Shown piece by piece: positions 23,036 through 36,456 of a DNA stretch of 64,000 bases; position 1 is the first letter of the stretch, and each line of letters begins with the position of its first letter. A program made the position numbers and the translations under genes. The DNA comes from Tubulanus polymorphus (Eukaryota > Animalia > Nemertea), in NCBI RefSeq assembly GCF_964204645.1, contig NC_134032.1, positions 2,566,175 through 2,630,174 on the forward strand. The letters are read 5' to 3'. The notes below the pieces were generated by a model. It had not been told where the DNA came from and searched no databases. It saw nothing but the letters and a program-made list of their open reading frames with translations.

Positions 23036-24934
23036 ATGAACGCGATCAACATTTTACTGGTCGGTGTTTTCTGTCTCGTCGTCACCGATGAGGTTTTCAC
23101 CGAGTCCCGCATTCAACAATTTACTCGAATGCCAGAATATTTGATAGGCGACAAACACCGCGAGAAAAACTCACAAAACTGGGCGAAAACAAACCACGTG
23201 ATCGCAAACAGAAATGTTCGTAACATCATTAAGTGCGCTCGTGATTGTATGAATGATCAGAAATGTTCGGCCATGTCGTTCAACGAAGGACATTGTTACC
23301 TGTATGACGTCAACATCGACAACGCGTGCAGCGCCACCAACAACAAAACAAAGTACTACAGGGTAGGTCCATTCAAATACTAAATATCGAATTAGTTACG
23401 ATAAACACAGTTTAACAATTTACTGAATGCATTCTAAGCATTTTAAGAATCTTTTAATGCATAAAATGATTTTTTTTTTTTTAAATCGATAATTATCGCG
23501 ATGCAATCTTCATAAAAAACATCTACAAAATTGTCGTAAAGTAAGGCAAACAATTAATGCCGTGCTTTTCATTTCCCGAACGGGTGCGATAAATAAACTG
23601 TAAAAAATGGTATAGGTAACATGCAGCTGGTCGAGCCTAGAGTTAATACCGTTTTCTATATATAAAAAGAATGGATTCATGTGATGATTATTTTGAAGTA
23701 CGGATATAAATTTGTGCAATACCATCAGATCACAGGTGTCCCATTATTGTCTTTAACCCAAACTCACTGCTGGTTTTAACTTCGTTGCTCAAGAAGAATT
23801 ACGTTTATGTTTCTCCATCAATGTAGAACGATTCGGTGAATTAATACATTTAACTTTTTTTAAATTACATTTCAGAGGAGAGATGATGGACCGACCACAA
23901 CCAGTTCCAGTCCCAGCAGCAGCCGCAGCAGCAGCACATCCACATGTAGTTCAACCGGTAAGTTATTTGCTACAATATTTGCATCAGGGAATGCATCAAA
24001 AGGGATGCGTAGAAAACGAAATCTACCGAAAACTATTCATGATACGAACCCACAAATCCGAAAAGGGGGTCCCTCGAACCAGTCAGACAAGGCGCGTTTA
24101 TGACATCTAAGGACGACGCGGTATCTAAAACCGAACGGAACGTTCTCTGTTTTGGCGTGCCAAAACGGACTTTTTAGGAATTAATTGGACGCTTTTTTGT
24201 TTTAGCGTTCTGATGCCCCTATTTGAATACCGGGAATTTGTACACGATGGCACTCATCAGCCACGCCGTACAAACCGCGCTAGTTCACTGAACCGCATTT
24301 TTGACATCTCCTCAAAAACGACACACTGTTGTATGTTCTTATTTCAGCTGATGTAGTCGTGCGACCAAATCTGCGCAAACTTTGTTATTATTTCGATTTT
24401 GAGAAAGTTGATACTGAACGTGGAATCGTGTACGGAGAGGGAGCCAATATGACGGCGTTCGATTATGAAACAGGGGAAAACGTGAATCTTACACTTGTCG
24501 AAGGGGTTAACAACAGCCAAACTGTAAACTCGTCGATTCAATATCTGGAATTATATTTTGGCGACAGAACGGATGATGGTATCGATATGAAAAACTACTC
24601 GATTTCTCAATTAATCGGTGGAATTGGTGCCTGGTCGGTTTACGCGGAGAGATACTTGATGTTATATCAGAGTAGACGTAAAGTTGAGTGTCTGAAATTT
24701 CCGGAGAAAAAGATACTAGAGTATCGAATCAATGGTAGTTTATTCGGCAAGGGGAAATGGGTTTCATTGAGATGCACAAACGGCGATTTGTACGTTAACG
24801 ACGCGCGCATATCAACCCATCAAGTTGTCAAGGCGACGATGTACCAATGGAAGGTTGGTTATCCAATGTTCCGCCATATGTCAGGCACAAGATTTGGCGC
24901 TGTGGACAACCTTACATTAGAAGTTTGGTATTGA
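23036..24934 (+). CDS. Predicted secreted protein, 331 aa: signal peptide, PAN/Apple domain, Ser/Thr linker, LamG/ConA-like domain (exons 23036-23362, 23876-23957, 24348-24934)
   Basis: GT-AG introns in compatible phases (0 then 1), 996 nt in total with no internal stop. Hydrophobic N-terminus. PAN pattern CARDCMNDQKCSAMSF..GHCYLY. The C-terminal fold is inferred only from YYFDFE, LVEG, LYVND and GAVDNL. Confidence 0.8.
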
Positions 24935-25991
24935 GGAACTCATTGAATTAAACAAAGAACATCATAAATCACTAGACATCTTGTTCGTGGTCGGATAACC
25001 TAACAGTAGTAGTTTGGATCTAACGAACCCGGCAGTTGACTAAATGCACACCTTACGAGCTGTTTGTCTCAAATATGAGTTACAACATGTGACTGAACTG
25101 CATGAATAAACAATTCAACAATTTCAGTCAATCAATGATTTTATCAAGTTCGTCGAAATCGAAATGTTCTGCCTTTTAAACTCGAATGAAGATTGTGCAG
25201 GAATGTACTCAAGACAATGCGGGCAACAGTACTTATACATAATTGGTACCAATTATCATTTTCTGTTTGGCCAAACAATATGCCGTATAGCCCCCCTCCC
25301 GCCTATGATTAGAGATTTTAGTCGGCAGTTTAATATTAATATTTTTAGCGCCTGTTATGCCTAATTCTAGTTACAAAATGTGTTTGGTTTGAATCAATTG
25401 AATTATCTAAATTTCACGCAATAAATGATTATCATGATAATTATGAAAATGAATGAGTTTGGGCTTTTTAATTCGCTCCAGGGTAACAATGTTTAGAATT
25501 CATTTATCGATTGGAAATGAGGAAGTAGCTTCAGTCGAAGGGGGAAAGTCGTAGAATTGTTTCACAAAACTTGACATGACGATAGGGAGAAATTGAGACC
25601 GACCAAGCAATGAGCCCCGACGACCGCGCTGAAAATACAATAAAACATGAGGGCGTAGCCCGGAAACGGATATACCATGACACTTGAAGGCGAACACATA
25701 ACACAACTACACCAGAGAACGACAATTCGGTGAAATAAGTTACCACGAAATACGTAGAGTACTGACTAAAGAACGGTAGACAAAAGCTTGACTACAATAA
25801 TATAGAATATATGCGGACAAGCTGAAATAACGGGTTTTCCGCCTCGTTGGGTTAGATATCTACCATGGTGCGTACATAGTTTGGTTGCAAGCAGCAGAAA
25901 ACCCTGATAAGAGGTCGTTTCATCGCTAAATACACCCAGCGGATTTCCGGCTATCAGATCAAATATCTCGCACGGCAATCGACGCGAATGA

Positions 25992-26183
25992 GTAATAACA
26001 ATAATAATAATAATTTATTTTCGTAAACCGGTTACGAGGTATCCAGTGCAAGCCAACAGGCTGTACATAAAATTAAGGCGCTGGAACCTTGTGCAGAGTG
26101 CAGGGGAATGTGCAGGGATACTTATAAATAATGCTATTAATAATCTTAATGCTAACAATAATAATTATGCTAATCAATAATAA

Positions 26184-26226
<43 letters not shown>

Positions 26227-26403
26227 AATGCTAACAATAATAATACAAATTCTAATAATGATGACAACAATAACTTATACAAATACAAATACAATGATAA
26301 TCATAATTACGGCAATATACTATAACCATTAATATTTCAGTAATTTAGGTAAAGATACTCATAATGATAATAATAATAGTAATAATGATAATAATAATGA
26401 TTG

Positions 26404-26447
<44 letters not shown>

Positions 26448-29400
26448 TTGATTACAAATATGGAGAAAGCAAATGCCACAGATAATAATGATTACAAAGA
26501 TAGATAGTCTAGTATAGCAGTCTAGTCAAGTTTAGTTAAGACTAAACACATACCAAGTTTTTCCTCAACGGGAGATGAATAATTACGCGTATTTCAGTAA
26601 TATTTGTTTTTTTAAATTGGAATGATAGTGAATTTATGCTGGTGGATGAACGGATAACATTCGGAGTATTTCGCCAAATACTAGGCATCTGAGCTAAGAA
26701 GGATTTACTGTATAATTTGGATTTATGGAAAACAGCTCTCGCATAGTTAAACTGTCTGGTATTGTGGGAGTGGAAGTTAAAATTATGATGAAATAAATTT
26801 AGCAGTGGAGTTGGGAGGGAGTTATGAGTGTATTGAAATCCTAATTTGATAATTTCCAGTTGAATCAGATCATGGAATTTAAGTATTTTATATTTTTTGA
26901 AAATAGGACCTGTTGGGGCGTTATAAGCTGAGTTTTCGATGAGTCTTAGTGCTTTTTTCTGAATAGTAAAGAGACTTTTGGATTGACTAGATGATAACAA
27001 TGGCTCCCACGCAATAAGTGCATACGTTAGGTGACTTTGGATATAGCTTATATATAACAGTTTTTTAGTCCAGCAGGGAATGAGATTTTTTAAGCTTCTT
27101 AAAAGATATAAATTTTTGTTTAATTTGTTAATTAATTGTTTTACATGAGGTTCCCAATTTAGACGATCATCAATTAGCAAACCAAGAAATTTAGTAGAGT
27201 TTACTATTTCAAGAGAGTGTTTTCCAAATACTATTTTGTATAATGATTTGTCAATGGTTTTATCTTTTGAAAAAAGTAAGCACTTTGTCTTATCTATGTT
27301 AAGAGTGAGTTTATTTGTGTTAAACCAGTCAATGATAATATTGAGATCAATTTTAGCATTATGCAATAGTAAATTCATATGTTTGTTGGAAATGTTAGTA
27401 TCATCTGCAAAGGAAACAGCTTTAGTGTAGCAGAGGTTGTGATCATTGACATAAATAAGAAAAAGTAAGGGCCCAAGGACCGATCCCTGTGGGACACCAA
27501 ATGAAACGGTATTATAGGAAGAGTAGGCATTATTGAATTTAACAAATATTTTACGATTGGATAAATATGATTTGAACCAATTATAGGCATGACCTCGAAT
27601 ACCATAGTGGGATAATTTAAATAATAATTTGTTGATATCGAGGGAGTCAAAAGCCTCAGATAAGTCCAGAAAGAGGCCAAGGGAGTGATCCCCCTTTTTT
27701 GTAGTATAGAGCCTGTAAATTCTGTGATTGCGTGAGTAATAGAGTGTTTTGGTCTAAATCCATATTGGCTGTTATTCAGTATGTTATGTATGCATAGAAA
27801 TTTATAAAGTCTATTGTAAACTAATTTTTCTAGTATTTTCGACATGACCGGAAGTAAAGATATTGGTCGGTAGTTATTAAGGAGCTGTTTGTTTCCATTT
27901 TTATATAGAGGAATTACCTGAGAAATTTTCATACTATCTGGAAATATACCATCCTGAAGGGATTTATTGCAGAGAATTGTCAGAGGATCGATAATATTGG
28001 ATATAATTAGTTTAAGCATTCTATTATTCAGTAAGTCATTACCACCAGTGGTCTTTTTGGGGCTAGGTTGTTGATAATCCTCAAGATTTCCTCCTTGTTG
28101 GTTGGATTTAAAAAGATTGAGTGGGCATTCCTTACCCCCATGTAAGTTGTAAAATTGTTTTTAGAACTTGGACATTTGTTTGCATAAGAGCTACCAATCG
28201 AAGAAAAGAAGTTACAAAATTGTTGGCTTATTGATTTAGGTTCCTCAACAAGTTTATTATCGATGATGAATTTATTAGGGATCCCCGATTTGTCATTTAA
28301 TTTACCTGTGGATTGCTTCAAAAATTGCCATAATTTGCGACTATTATTGGAAAATAATACAATTTTGTTTGCATAGTACGATTTCTTTTGACGCCTTTTA
28401 ATGTAATTTACATTATTTCTGTAAAGAATATAGTTTTTATAACGTTGGTCAGATTTGTCCAGATTCAATACTTTTTTATAAAGTTGATCGCATTTCTTAG
28501 AGCATTTTAAAACTGATTTAGACATCCATGGTTCGTAAATATGAACTTTCTTCTTAACTTCTATTAGTGGGGATACGTTATTTATGATTAAATTTATATG
28601 CGACATAATGAAATCGTAACAACCATTACAATCGAGCAGGTTGACAGGAGTCCAGTCTAGTTGTGAAAGCATACGATTTATCCTATCGATATTCTGGGTA
28701 TCAAAATTCCGAGTATAATGTTTACTGGTTGTTGAAGGTTTTCGTTTATAACGCACGGTCACGAGGCATGGTAAATGATCAGACAGGTGTTAAATCAGGA
28801 TAGCACTTTGATGATCAGAACTCAGCGCCGAAGAGAGATATATATTGTCAATTAACGTGGCTGTCGCGTGTGTTATTCTAGTTGGCCGTAAAATAGTTGG
28901 AAAAAGATTATTTGATAAATTGATATCCAAAAATTTGGAAGTGTTTTTATGATGATTAATGTTCATATAATCTAGATTTTGGTCCATTCCTAATATCATT
29001 TCGCACTTTTCATTCTCAATTTTGCGTATTAAATTTTCGTATTCGGAAAGAAATTCAATTTCACTAGTTCCTGGGACACTGTAGAGTTCGCCAATGATTG
29101 TCCTTTTACTAGATTGAAAAGCCATATCAATTTCAATAAAACAAGATTCAAATTTACCTTCAATGAACACTTCTAGATCCGGTCTCTTATTATAGGTTAA
29201 GTTATTACTTATATAAATTGCTACTCCTCCACGCTGTTTCAAAACTCTGTGATTTTCTATTAATTGATAACCAGGAATTTTGCATAACATTGAATTGTAG
29301 TCAGTCAAAAAAGTTTCACATAGCATAATGATGTCAATGGTAAAATTTTGGGATTTAAGTTTCAATCAATATTTTGAGTTGGTCAAATTTGTTGTTAAGA

Positions 29401-30005
29401 CTATGTATGTTAAGTTGAATTATATTAAGGTTATTCGTATTCATACTGAAACGGTTTTTTAACTCGTGCAATTCGAGGTACGGGCATTGATTACCGAACA
29501 TTTCCAATTCACTATCATTATCTAATAAGTTGTTGAGATGAAAATTTTCATTTTCCTTTAATCTGTCTAAATACGTGAAAAAGTTTGTGTTACCGAGACA
29601 CATGTTTAATTAATTTATACCACGGTCAAAAAAGGATTATGAATCAGGGAAAAGAATAAAGAATAATTATAAAATAAATAAATAAATATAAATATAAATA
29701 CAATTCCAGAACTTGGATGTATGAGTATAGGTCAGAAATGCATGACTGCTTTATGGGCATGGTTTACAAGGTACACAATATATTGATCTACGACTGAATG
29801 GCCTACTCAGTGGTTTATATAGATACACGCTTTTCGGAACAGTTCATCGTAAAGATCATAAAGACACTACAGTTTACTCGCTCGTTGATTGTATTGTTTT
29901 CTCGAAGTCCGCATTACCGCATAAATGAATTTTGATGTCATCGATGATGGCCCATACCTTCCCATCGAGTAAAAACGGTTTATTAAACACGAACGTTTTC
30001 GAGAT
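25992..30005 (-). mobile_element. CR1/L2-type LINE with near-complete frameshifted ORF2 (29603-26542), probable ORF1 tail, and 3-prime UTR with (TTA)n
   Basis: APE motifs QLNIHSL, LCETFL, RGGVAIY and PTRIT..TATLIDNIY. RT motifs NYRPISLLP, QYGFR, GVPQGSVLGP, FADDT and KFLGL. AATAAA followed by a tta tail near 26015-25992. Confidence 0.95.
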
Positions 30006-30548
30006 CGTATCCCCTCATCAGATGAATACAAGTGAATCAAATAGATAGAACTTTATAGATTTAAGTATTGAACGCGAGAAATTCACCACATCATATTTTA
30101 ATCATGACAGGGTAACGACTTGTTTTATGAACTCATTGGCCAGTCAAATTCAGCGTCGTTTAAAGCGTCAAAGTAAGTAGAAGGGGTACCGAGTTCCAAT
30201 TCCCGGCTGCATACGAAGACTCCGCTCTAGTCACCGTAATTTATTTAAAGTTAACCAAATACCGACTAAGAAATCAGGGAATTAAGGATTTTCACGCGAA
30301 TGATCAGATAATGTGTATGGAATTTCACCGATGCAGCCAGTTTACAGAGTACGGCTGAGTCTACTATAATTAGACTGTTGTAGTCACTAACTCCGGAATC
30401 ACGTGTAACGACATTACCGATCGTCAATCAAATGTTAGAATCATTGACTCTAAGAGTTCGCAGGTCATAAGAGTTTCACTGTCTCACTTTTTTATAGAAA
30501 ATATTCTGGTCATTTTCTTTGTCCCACGGATTTTGATGGAAAAGGAAT

Positions 30549-31075
30549 TCAAACGGCTTTCAATAAAAGAAACATCGTTTTTCTGAATTGCTTGTTTCCA
30601 ATTATATAAAGTATGAAATTGACACACGAATTAAAAAGTGATGTAACCCCGTAAATGTGATGCATAATATCCTTGTGATATACGCGGCCTCCGAACTTAC
30701 CGAGAAAACCTGGCAATTCTAGAACGGTAAAAACAATACTCATTGTAAGCACCATTTTAGTTGCTTTAGTTTGATTTTGAGAGGTTGAGATCATGGTCGC
30801 CGAGAGAGTTTTTTGGCGTTGTTTACTTTTGACATATAAGACAACAATGAGAGCAATGTTTGCAGCGAAAACTAGAATATTTGAAATAATAATTCGTATA
30901 ATTGGTTCTATGTATCTGTTCATTAGAACAAAAAATGGTTTATTTCGTCTTATGGCTATGTAATGAAGGAAGCGGAATCCTTCATATCTTCCGGACAATA
31001 CTACAATGAGTGTCATGGGATAGTAAGTACATAAAGATATTGATAATATACCCGTGATATTATAATGACGATCCC
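30549..31075 (-). pseudogene. Class A GPCR fragment (TM4-TM7) of a fourth family, 5-prime half missing
   Basis: ANIALIVVL, KATKMVLTMSIVFTVLELP and NSCVNFILYIIGNKQFRK. No TM1-3 recognisable nearby upstream. Confidence 0.85.
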
Positions 31076-31849
31076 GTTGGTTTGCAGCAGATCTCTGTTA
31101 CTATCATCTAAACTGAAACATTCCCATTAGTTCCAATTTTATACAAATTTGTATGCAGGCAAACTAATTTGAACAGGAGGTGTGATACCAGACCTTCAAT
31201 AGGAAATTGAAAAGCTGAAGCGGTGAAACTTCTGGAATTCGGATATTAGTATTTTTGCTTAGAATACTCACAACAATAGAGAAAAGAAAGGTGTTTAAAG
31301 TTTAATTCCAGTCACTACAATGTTTTGGAAACGTGTTGATCGTACCCCAGTGAAGCTTGCTACTGGTTTGTTCCGTTTTCTATTCAGAATATTAGTTTCG
31401 AACCGGGAACCAGGAACCAGGAACAAAAGATGGTTCGGCTACCGACTCAAGTGTGACGCTAGCTACTTATTTGCCAACTTATTTGACTTTGTATGTTTTT
31501 ATTACCCCTCCCGCTAAAGCTACCCTAATCGACACTGTACTTCCGACATAAACGCATCTTAACCGAAATTGCAGTTGTGGTTAATCCAATATGACGACGT
31601 TCATGTGGTCCAAGATGGCGGCAGTCTCGTGACCCCTGTGATTCAATTTGAGATGGATGCTCCCATCAGCTTCTATAGTCAAAGGGCTAATCGGACATCG
31701 TATCTCTACGTACGTATGCGCTAGTAGAAGCCCATGTGAAATCGATCTGATTGATACGTTAGCCTAAAATGTCTGAAAGAGTCTCGTTTACAGTGAGTGC
31801 CAGGGTTCGATTCTATTGCGGAACGTGTCGTTGTTACTATCGCCTGGAC

Positions 31850-32000
31850 GCATAAAGGTGAACTCAATATCCTCCACAATCCTCGAAGTTGTCAATATGA
31901 ACACTACAAAGGCTTGATCCTTAGTGTAGTTGAGCCCAGTAAGGTAAAAATTCTCATTGGCGCTAATGTTCCAAAAGCGCATCTTCAATTAGATGGTTAG
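31850..32000 (+). mobile_element. BEL/Pao retrotransposon protease-region relic
   Basis: YEHYKGLILSVVEPSKVKILIGANVPKAH resembles the Pao motif HLxGIxL...VxILIGxDxP. Confidence 0.55.
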
Positions 32001-33289
32001 TTCTGGTTCTGTTATAGTAAGCAGCCAAAAGGTAAACGTACCCCGCCTGGTTAGTGTGTATTGATTGGCCTTTCGAGCAATGAAAATGACTTTCGATCTA
32101 ACTGTACATTTTTTCTGAGTCGTCATCCCGAAATCCACCACAGGCTGCTCGTCACTGCGATTATCAATTCAAGTATAGATAAACATATTTATTGCCGCAT
32201 GACTTCACACTCAGCCGCGGTCTTCAAAGAATGATTTTAACAATTACCCATCTTCTTCATCTGAACACTTCATCATCCACGGGATATTTACTGCTCTAAA
32301 TATTATAAGCACTGTCGAGCTGTAGCTGTAAAGATCGATGAATCAACGTGTGTCTTTACATCGTCGTTCCGCGGATCCGCTGCGAATTCTCCTCGCCATG
32401 AAAATCAAATCAAGTACAAATAAATGTATTACTCCCAGTGATTTGGCTACGGGCTTCAGGCAGTTAGTTTAACAATATTCTATTTTCCTTTACAAAATGG
32501 TACGGATATTTAGTACGATATATCATTTAAGTACTATTAAAGTACCGGCGAGTCGTAGGCCTAAACTAAACACGCCGGAAAGATTCAGCAGAGAAAAGCT
32601 GTAGTGTTGACGAGGTACCAAAATAAATGAATTATTACTACCAGTGATTCGGCCACGGGCTTCAACCATGTATCGTTTTCAGTATACACCGATCTTTACC
32701 AAATCGACAGGATATTTGATAAATAACTGTATATAACACATGCTTATCCGTAAGCTGAAATCACGCTTGTTATTCGGATTCAGTATTTCCGATACCGCTG
32801 GTGATCTGAGACCGTTTGGCCGCTTGAAGTGTTTATTGAGTTGTGCTACTTTGAGGCCTACGTGCTTTACTGTTTCAAACAAACGCAATATAATTGTTGT
32901 GTTTATTTACGGACACATGGATTGAAATTCAAACAAAATTTGCAATAGAAAATCCGACAACATTGCTATGACACGTAGCGCAAATGATTTGTTTCTTCGT
33001 CCGAAAATGAAATTGATATTACAAATGGAATACACCATGAAATCTAACCCTGTTAAATAGAGGTGTAGTAATACGATGTTTACGAGGGTTAAACCGCAAT
33101 CGGTCTAAGCCTCATTTGTCTGGAAGCTAGACCTACGTGCATATACTTAGGCCTGCATCAGCTAATATGAAGATTTTTTTGATAAGCTGTTAGCATTCGT
33201 CTGAGCAGGCAGCTTTATAAACATGGGTTTCATTTGAGTTTTTCATCATTAATGAAACTTGTATTTTATTAATTCCTGATGAGTTACTA

Positions 33290-33560
33290 CGGAGCCCCGG
33301 ATGATAAGATCTTATTTTCGTCTGAAAATCTTTTCGTTCAAAATAATTTTTTTGTCAGAACAAAATGTTTTTGTTCGAACCGAAAATGTTTTTTTCGATC
33401 GAACAAAATTGATTTCGTTCGAACAAAACTTTAAATAAAAATTCGAAAATGATCGATCGAACAGAATTCTTTTTATTCAAACTATTATTCGAACAAAATT
33501 GTTTTCGTTCACCAATTTTTTTTTGTCGGGACAAACAATTTTTCGTCCAAACAATAACAA
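33290..33560. repeat. GTTCGAAC/poly-T,A repeat block typical of MITE subterminal arrays (related block at about 35300-35520)
   Basis: Recurrent ttcgaacaaaa and ttttcgttc motifs at roughly 20-bp spacing. Confidence 0.5.
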
Positions 33561-34454
33561 AGCTTTTTATTGGTTTACCTTTGTCAGCGATATGATGTTG
33601 GCATTGAGCCAATTCATGTAAAATCGCGGTACGTTTTTTTATGTGAGCATTTGTTTCATTGGTTCTCGGCTTAAAAGACGTATAATCGATGCGATTGAAG
33701 ACATGGCGAACCTCCGTCGATGACATGGTCAACTGAGTTAAAATTCTACGAAAAACTGTTTTTGGTGGGAAAATTCTTAGCTCTCGCGTATAAAATTGCA
33801 ATCACCTCGATTGGGGGGGGGGGGGGCGTTGTCTCTACGAACAAATGGGATTGTTTTTTGGATATACGGGGAATTCCGGCGCTACTAAAATTATGGGAAA
33901 GCCATAGAATGGTGTACGTTTCATTGGACTAGGTGCCGTATACGTGCCGATTTCAAATGCTCATTGCTGGTGAGGATGTAATTATTTCACTCATCTGCCA
34001 TAGGTATTGTTTCATTTTAATACCCGGTGATTGTTTTGATTGACATGGAGGTGTAAGCGAATATTCACTTACACGAGGCCTCCACATGCACGCGGAGTGC
34101 TACACCACACACACACACACACACACACAAGCTCGTACAGTACACTACGGTGATGCTGTAACGCGTGAACGTTTGATATGAAAATAGGCTGAATAATCAT
34201 AGCAGAAGATGAGCGCTGTGTTTTCTGTTCGATAGAATTTGTAATAAATTGTAATTTCTTGTGACCTGAAAATACTAAGCAGCAAACTAAAAGGTCTGTC
34301 GAGGTCTGAATATTGTAGTGGTAAATTCCAGGACTTAAAACGATCTAATAGCCGATTTCTTCTGTACCACCGATATTTTAGCTTCCGTGGCCAACATTGG
34401 AAGAGGTTTCCAAGACCCAATATTCAGCCACCCTCTGATATGTGATGAATTTTA

Positions 34455-35021
34455 GGCCATCCCAAAATAATGGTCTGTTTGCCGTAACCCGACCAACCTG
34501 ACTTCAGAGGTACCGAGTGAAAACTTTTTTCTAGGATTCATTGAAATAAATTTTATTTTTGATAAAAACAGCCGACCGACTATGAGCTACGTATGTTTGA
34601 ATTCTAGTGTGCATGGTGTGAAAACATGCCTTGACATGTGGCCTAGTTTAAGTTTCCAGGAAACTGGCAGTGTTCCAATAAGCTGCCATTCATTCTAATA
34701 GTGACTAAAGTGACTGAATAGCTGGTAACGTGAAAGCGCGCACATATTCAATGTACCGTTTCATTTTTAAGACAGAGATGACGCTCTGGACGAAGTTATA
34801 ATTTTAGAATAATTCTTGAAATCTACGCTATTAGACAAATTTCCTGTGCGCAACGTAGATGATTTTTTGCGATATTGTTTCCATGTAAAAAAGCCCAAAG
34901 GTGAAAAATTTGTTTTTTTTTGCCCAAAAATTTTGCAAAAAAAAAATTCTACCTACCTACCGACTCATCCTGAAAAGTTGAGTCGGTGTTGCAGCAAACA
35001 GACAATTATTTTGGGATGGCC
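34455..35021. mobile_element. PIF/Harbinger-type MITE
   Basis: TIRs GGCCATCCCAAAATAATGGTCTGTTTGC / GCAAACAGACAATTATTTTGGGATGGCC with TTA on both sides. Confidence 0.88.
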
Positions 35022-35619
35022 TTATTTGAATATTTTTTCATATTATATTAAACATATTTTTTTGAAAATATAAAATAGTTTCCCTGCCGTGCCTACCTGT
35101 ACCCTACAAACTTTAAGACGTGGACCGCAAACAAATGTATATCTTTGGTCTTATTTGACTACAAAATAATTCTTTAGGAAAGATAAAATACAATATAAAC
35201 TGTGGATCTTTGAAGTCACGAATTAAAAAGATTTTTCAAGCAATGCCCTTACTCCAAACAACCTCTAGCTTTCAAGGTAAACCACACTTTGCCCATGGGC
35301 AATTTATTCGAACAACTTTTCATTTGTATAAAAAGTATATTGTTCGATTGAGCAAAATTGTTTTCATTCGAACAAACTTTTCTTGTCGGAACATTAAGTT
35401 TTTCGTTCAAACAAGTATATTGATCCATCGAAAATTTTTCATTCCAAAGAAAAAGATTTTCATTGGAACTAAATAGTCTTTTCATTACGGAGTAAACTTT
35501 TTTCGAACAAAGTAATCTTCACACCCGAACACAATAGGTATAATACGAACCTGGATTTTCTTTGTATCCGATATCCATATTATGCCTTTTCAGGATGATG
35601 CTTATCATACGTGTTTCTG

Positions 35620-35830
35620 ACCATGTACGGGACACAACTTGATTAGGTCGTTTTGGAAATTTACTCGGTCCTGTACCTTTGCGATTACTCTGCCTCTCAG
35701 GACAGTGAAGAGAAGACGACTGAGGATACTACCTTGCGTGACTCCACTAGTTAGATCAACTTATTTCCAAGATGAGACAGTTCCGTTAATTTCGGCCACC
35801 TGTTTTCGATCGGAGAAAACTTCTTGATCT
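35620..35830 (-). mobile_element. Old CR1-type RT relic
   Basis: Minus strand reads FSDRKQVAEINGTVSSWK*VDLTSGVTQGSILSRLLF. Confidence 0.7.
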
Positions 35831-36456
35831 TGTCTGGATACTGTGTCGACCACGATCGCATGTATGCCGAAGCAGCTACACCATGCTTAAGAAAATGAAG
35901 GGAATTTAATAGAATCCTGTTCAACGGTCAACACGGTTTTATACAACGAAGCTCAATTGAACAGTCAATTGGGCTTACTTGAAACCATGGATAACTGGAA
36001 AGGAAACAATAAATGTAAAATCCCACAATTGTTGAGAGTAAAAAGAGTAAAAAGTTAATATAAAATACTAGAAATATTTTTGGTGGTTCTGTCTAAAATG
36101 TTATATACATCAAATAAATACACATATAATATAAATAAATATACATTGATATAAAATATAACACGAATCACTGCGCATAGTTAGGTTTTGGGTCCTAGCG
36201 TACTGACAAATTTTAGAAGGAGTTTATTATGAGGACTGAAACCTTTGTATGAGATCGACAGAGCGATCAGAATGAGTAATATTAGAAGTACCGTTGTATC
36301 TCCATAATTATCTACGGTGAGTTTGATGTCGAGCATTTCAACTGTAATTTCATATCGATTGTTGAGAAATGATAACAGTTGAGAGACGGGAGCATCGTGT
36401 GCGTTTCTGCGCAGTTCACCGAGTAGCATTCGGATTCTAAACGGCTGGTATCATCA

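Noticed and set aside
26073-26325. Poly-Leu and poly-Asn ORFs
   Set aside because: Translation artefacts of the (TAA)n tract in the LINE 3-prime UTR.
33355-33801. 148-aa minus-strand ORF
   Set aside because: It runs through a repeat block and has no recognisable domain.
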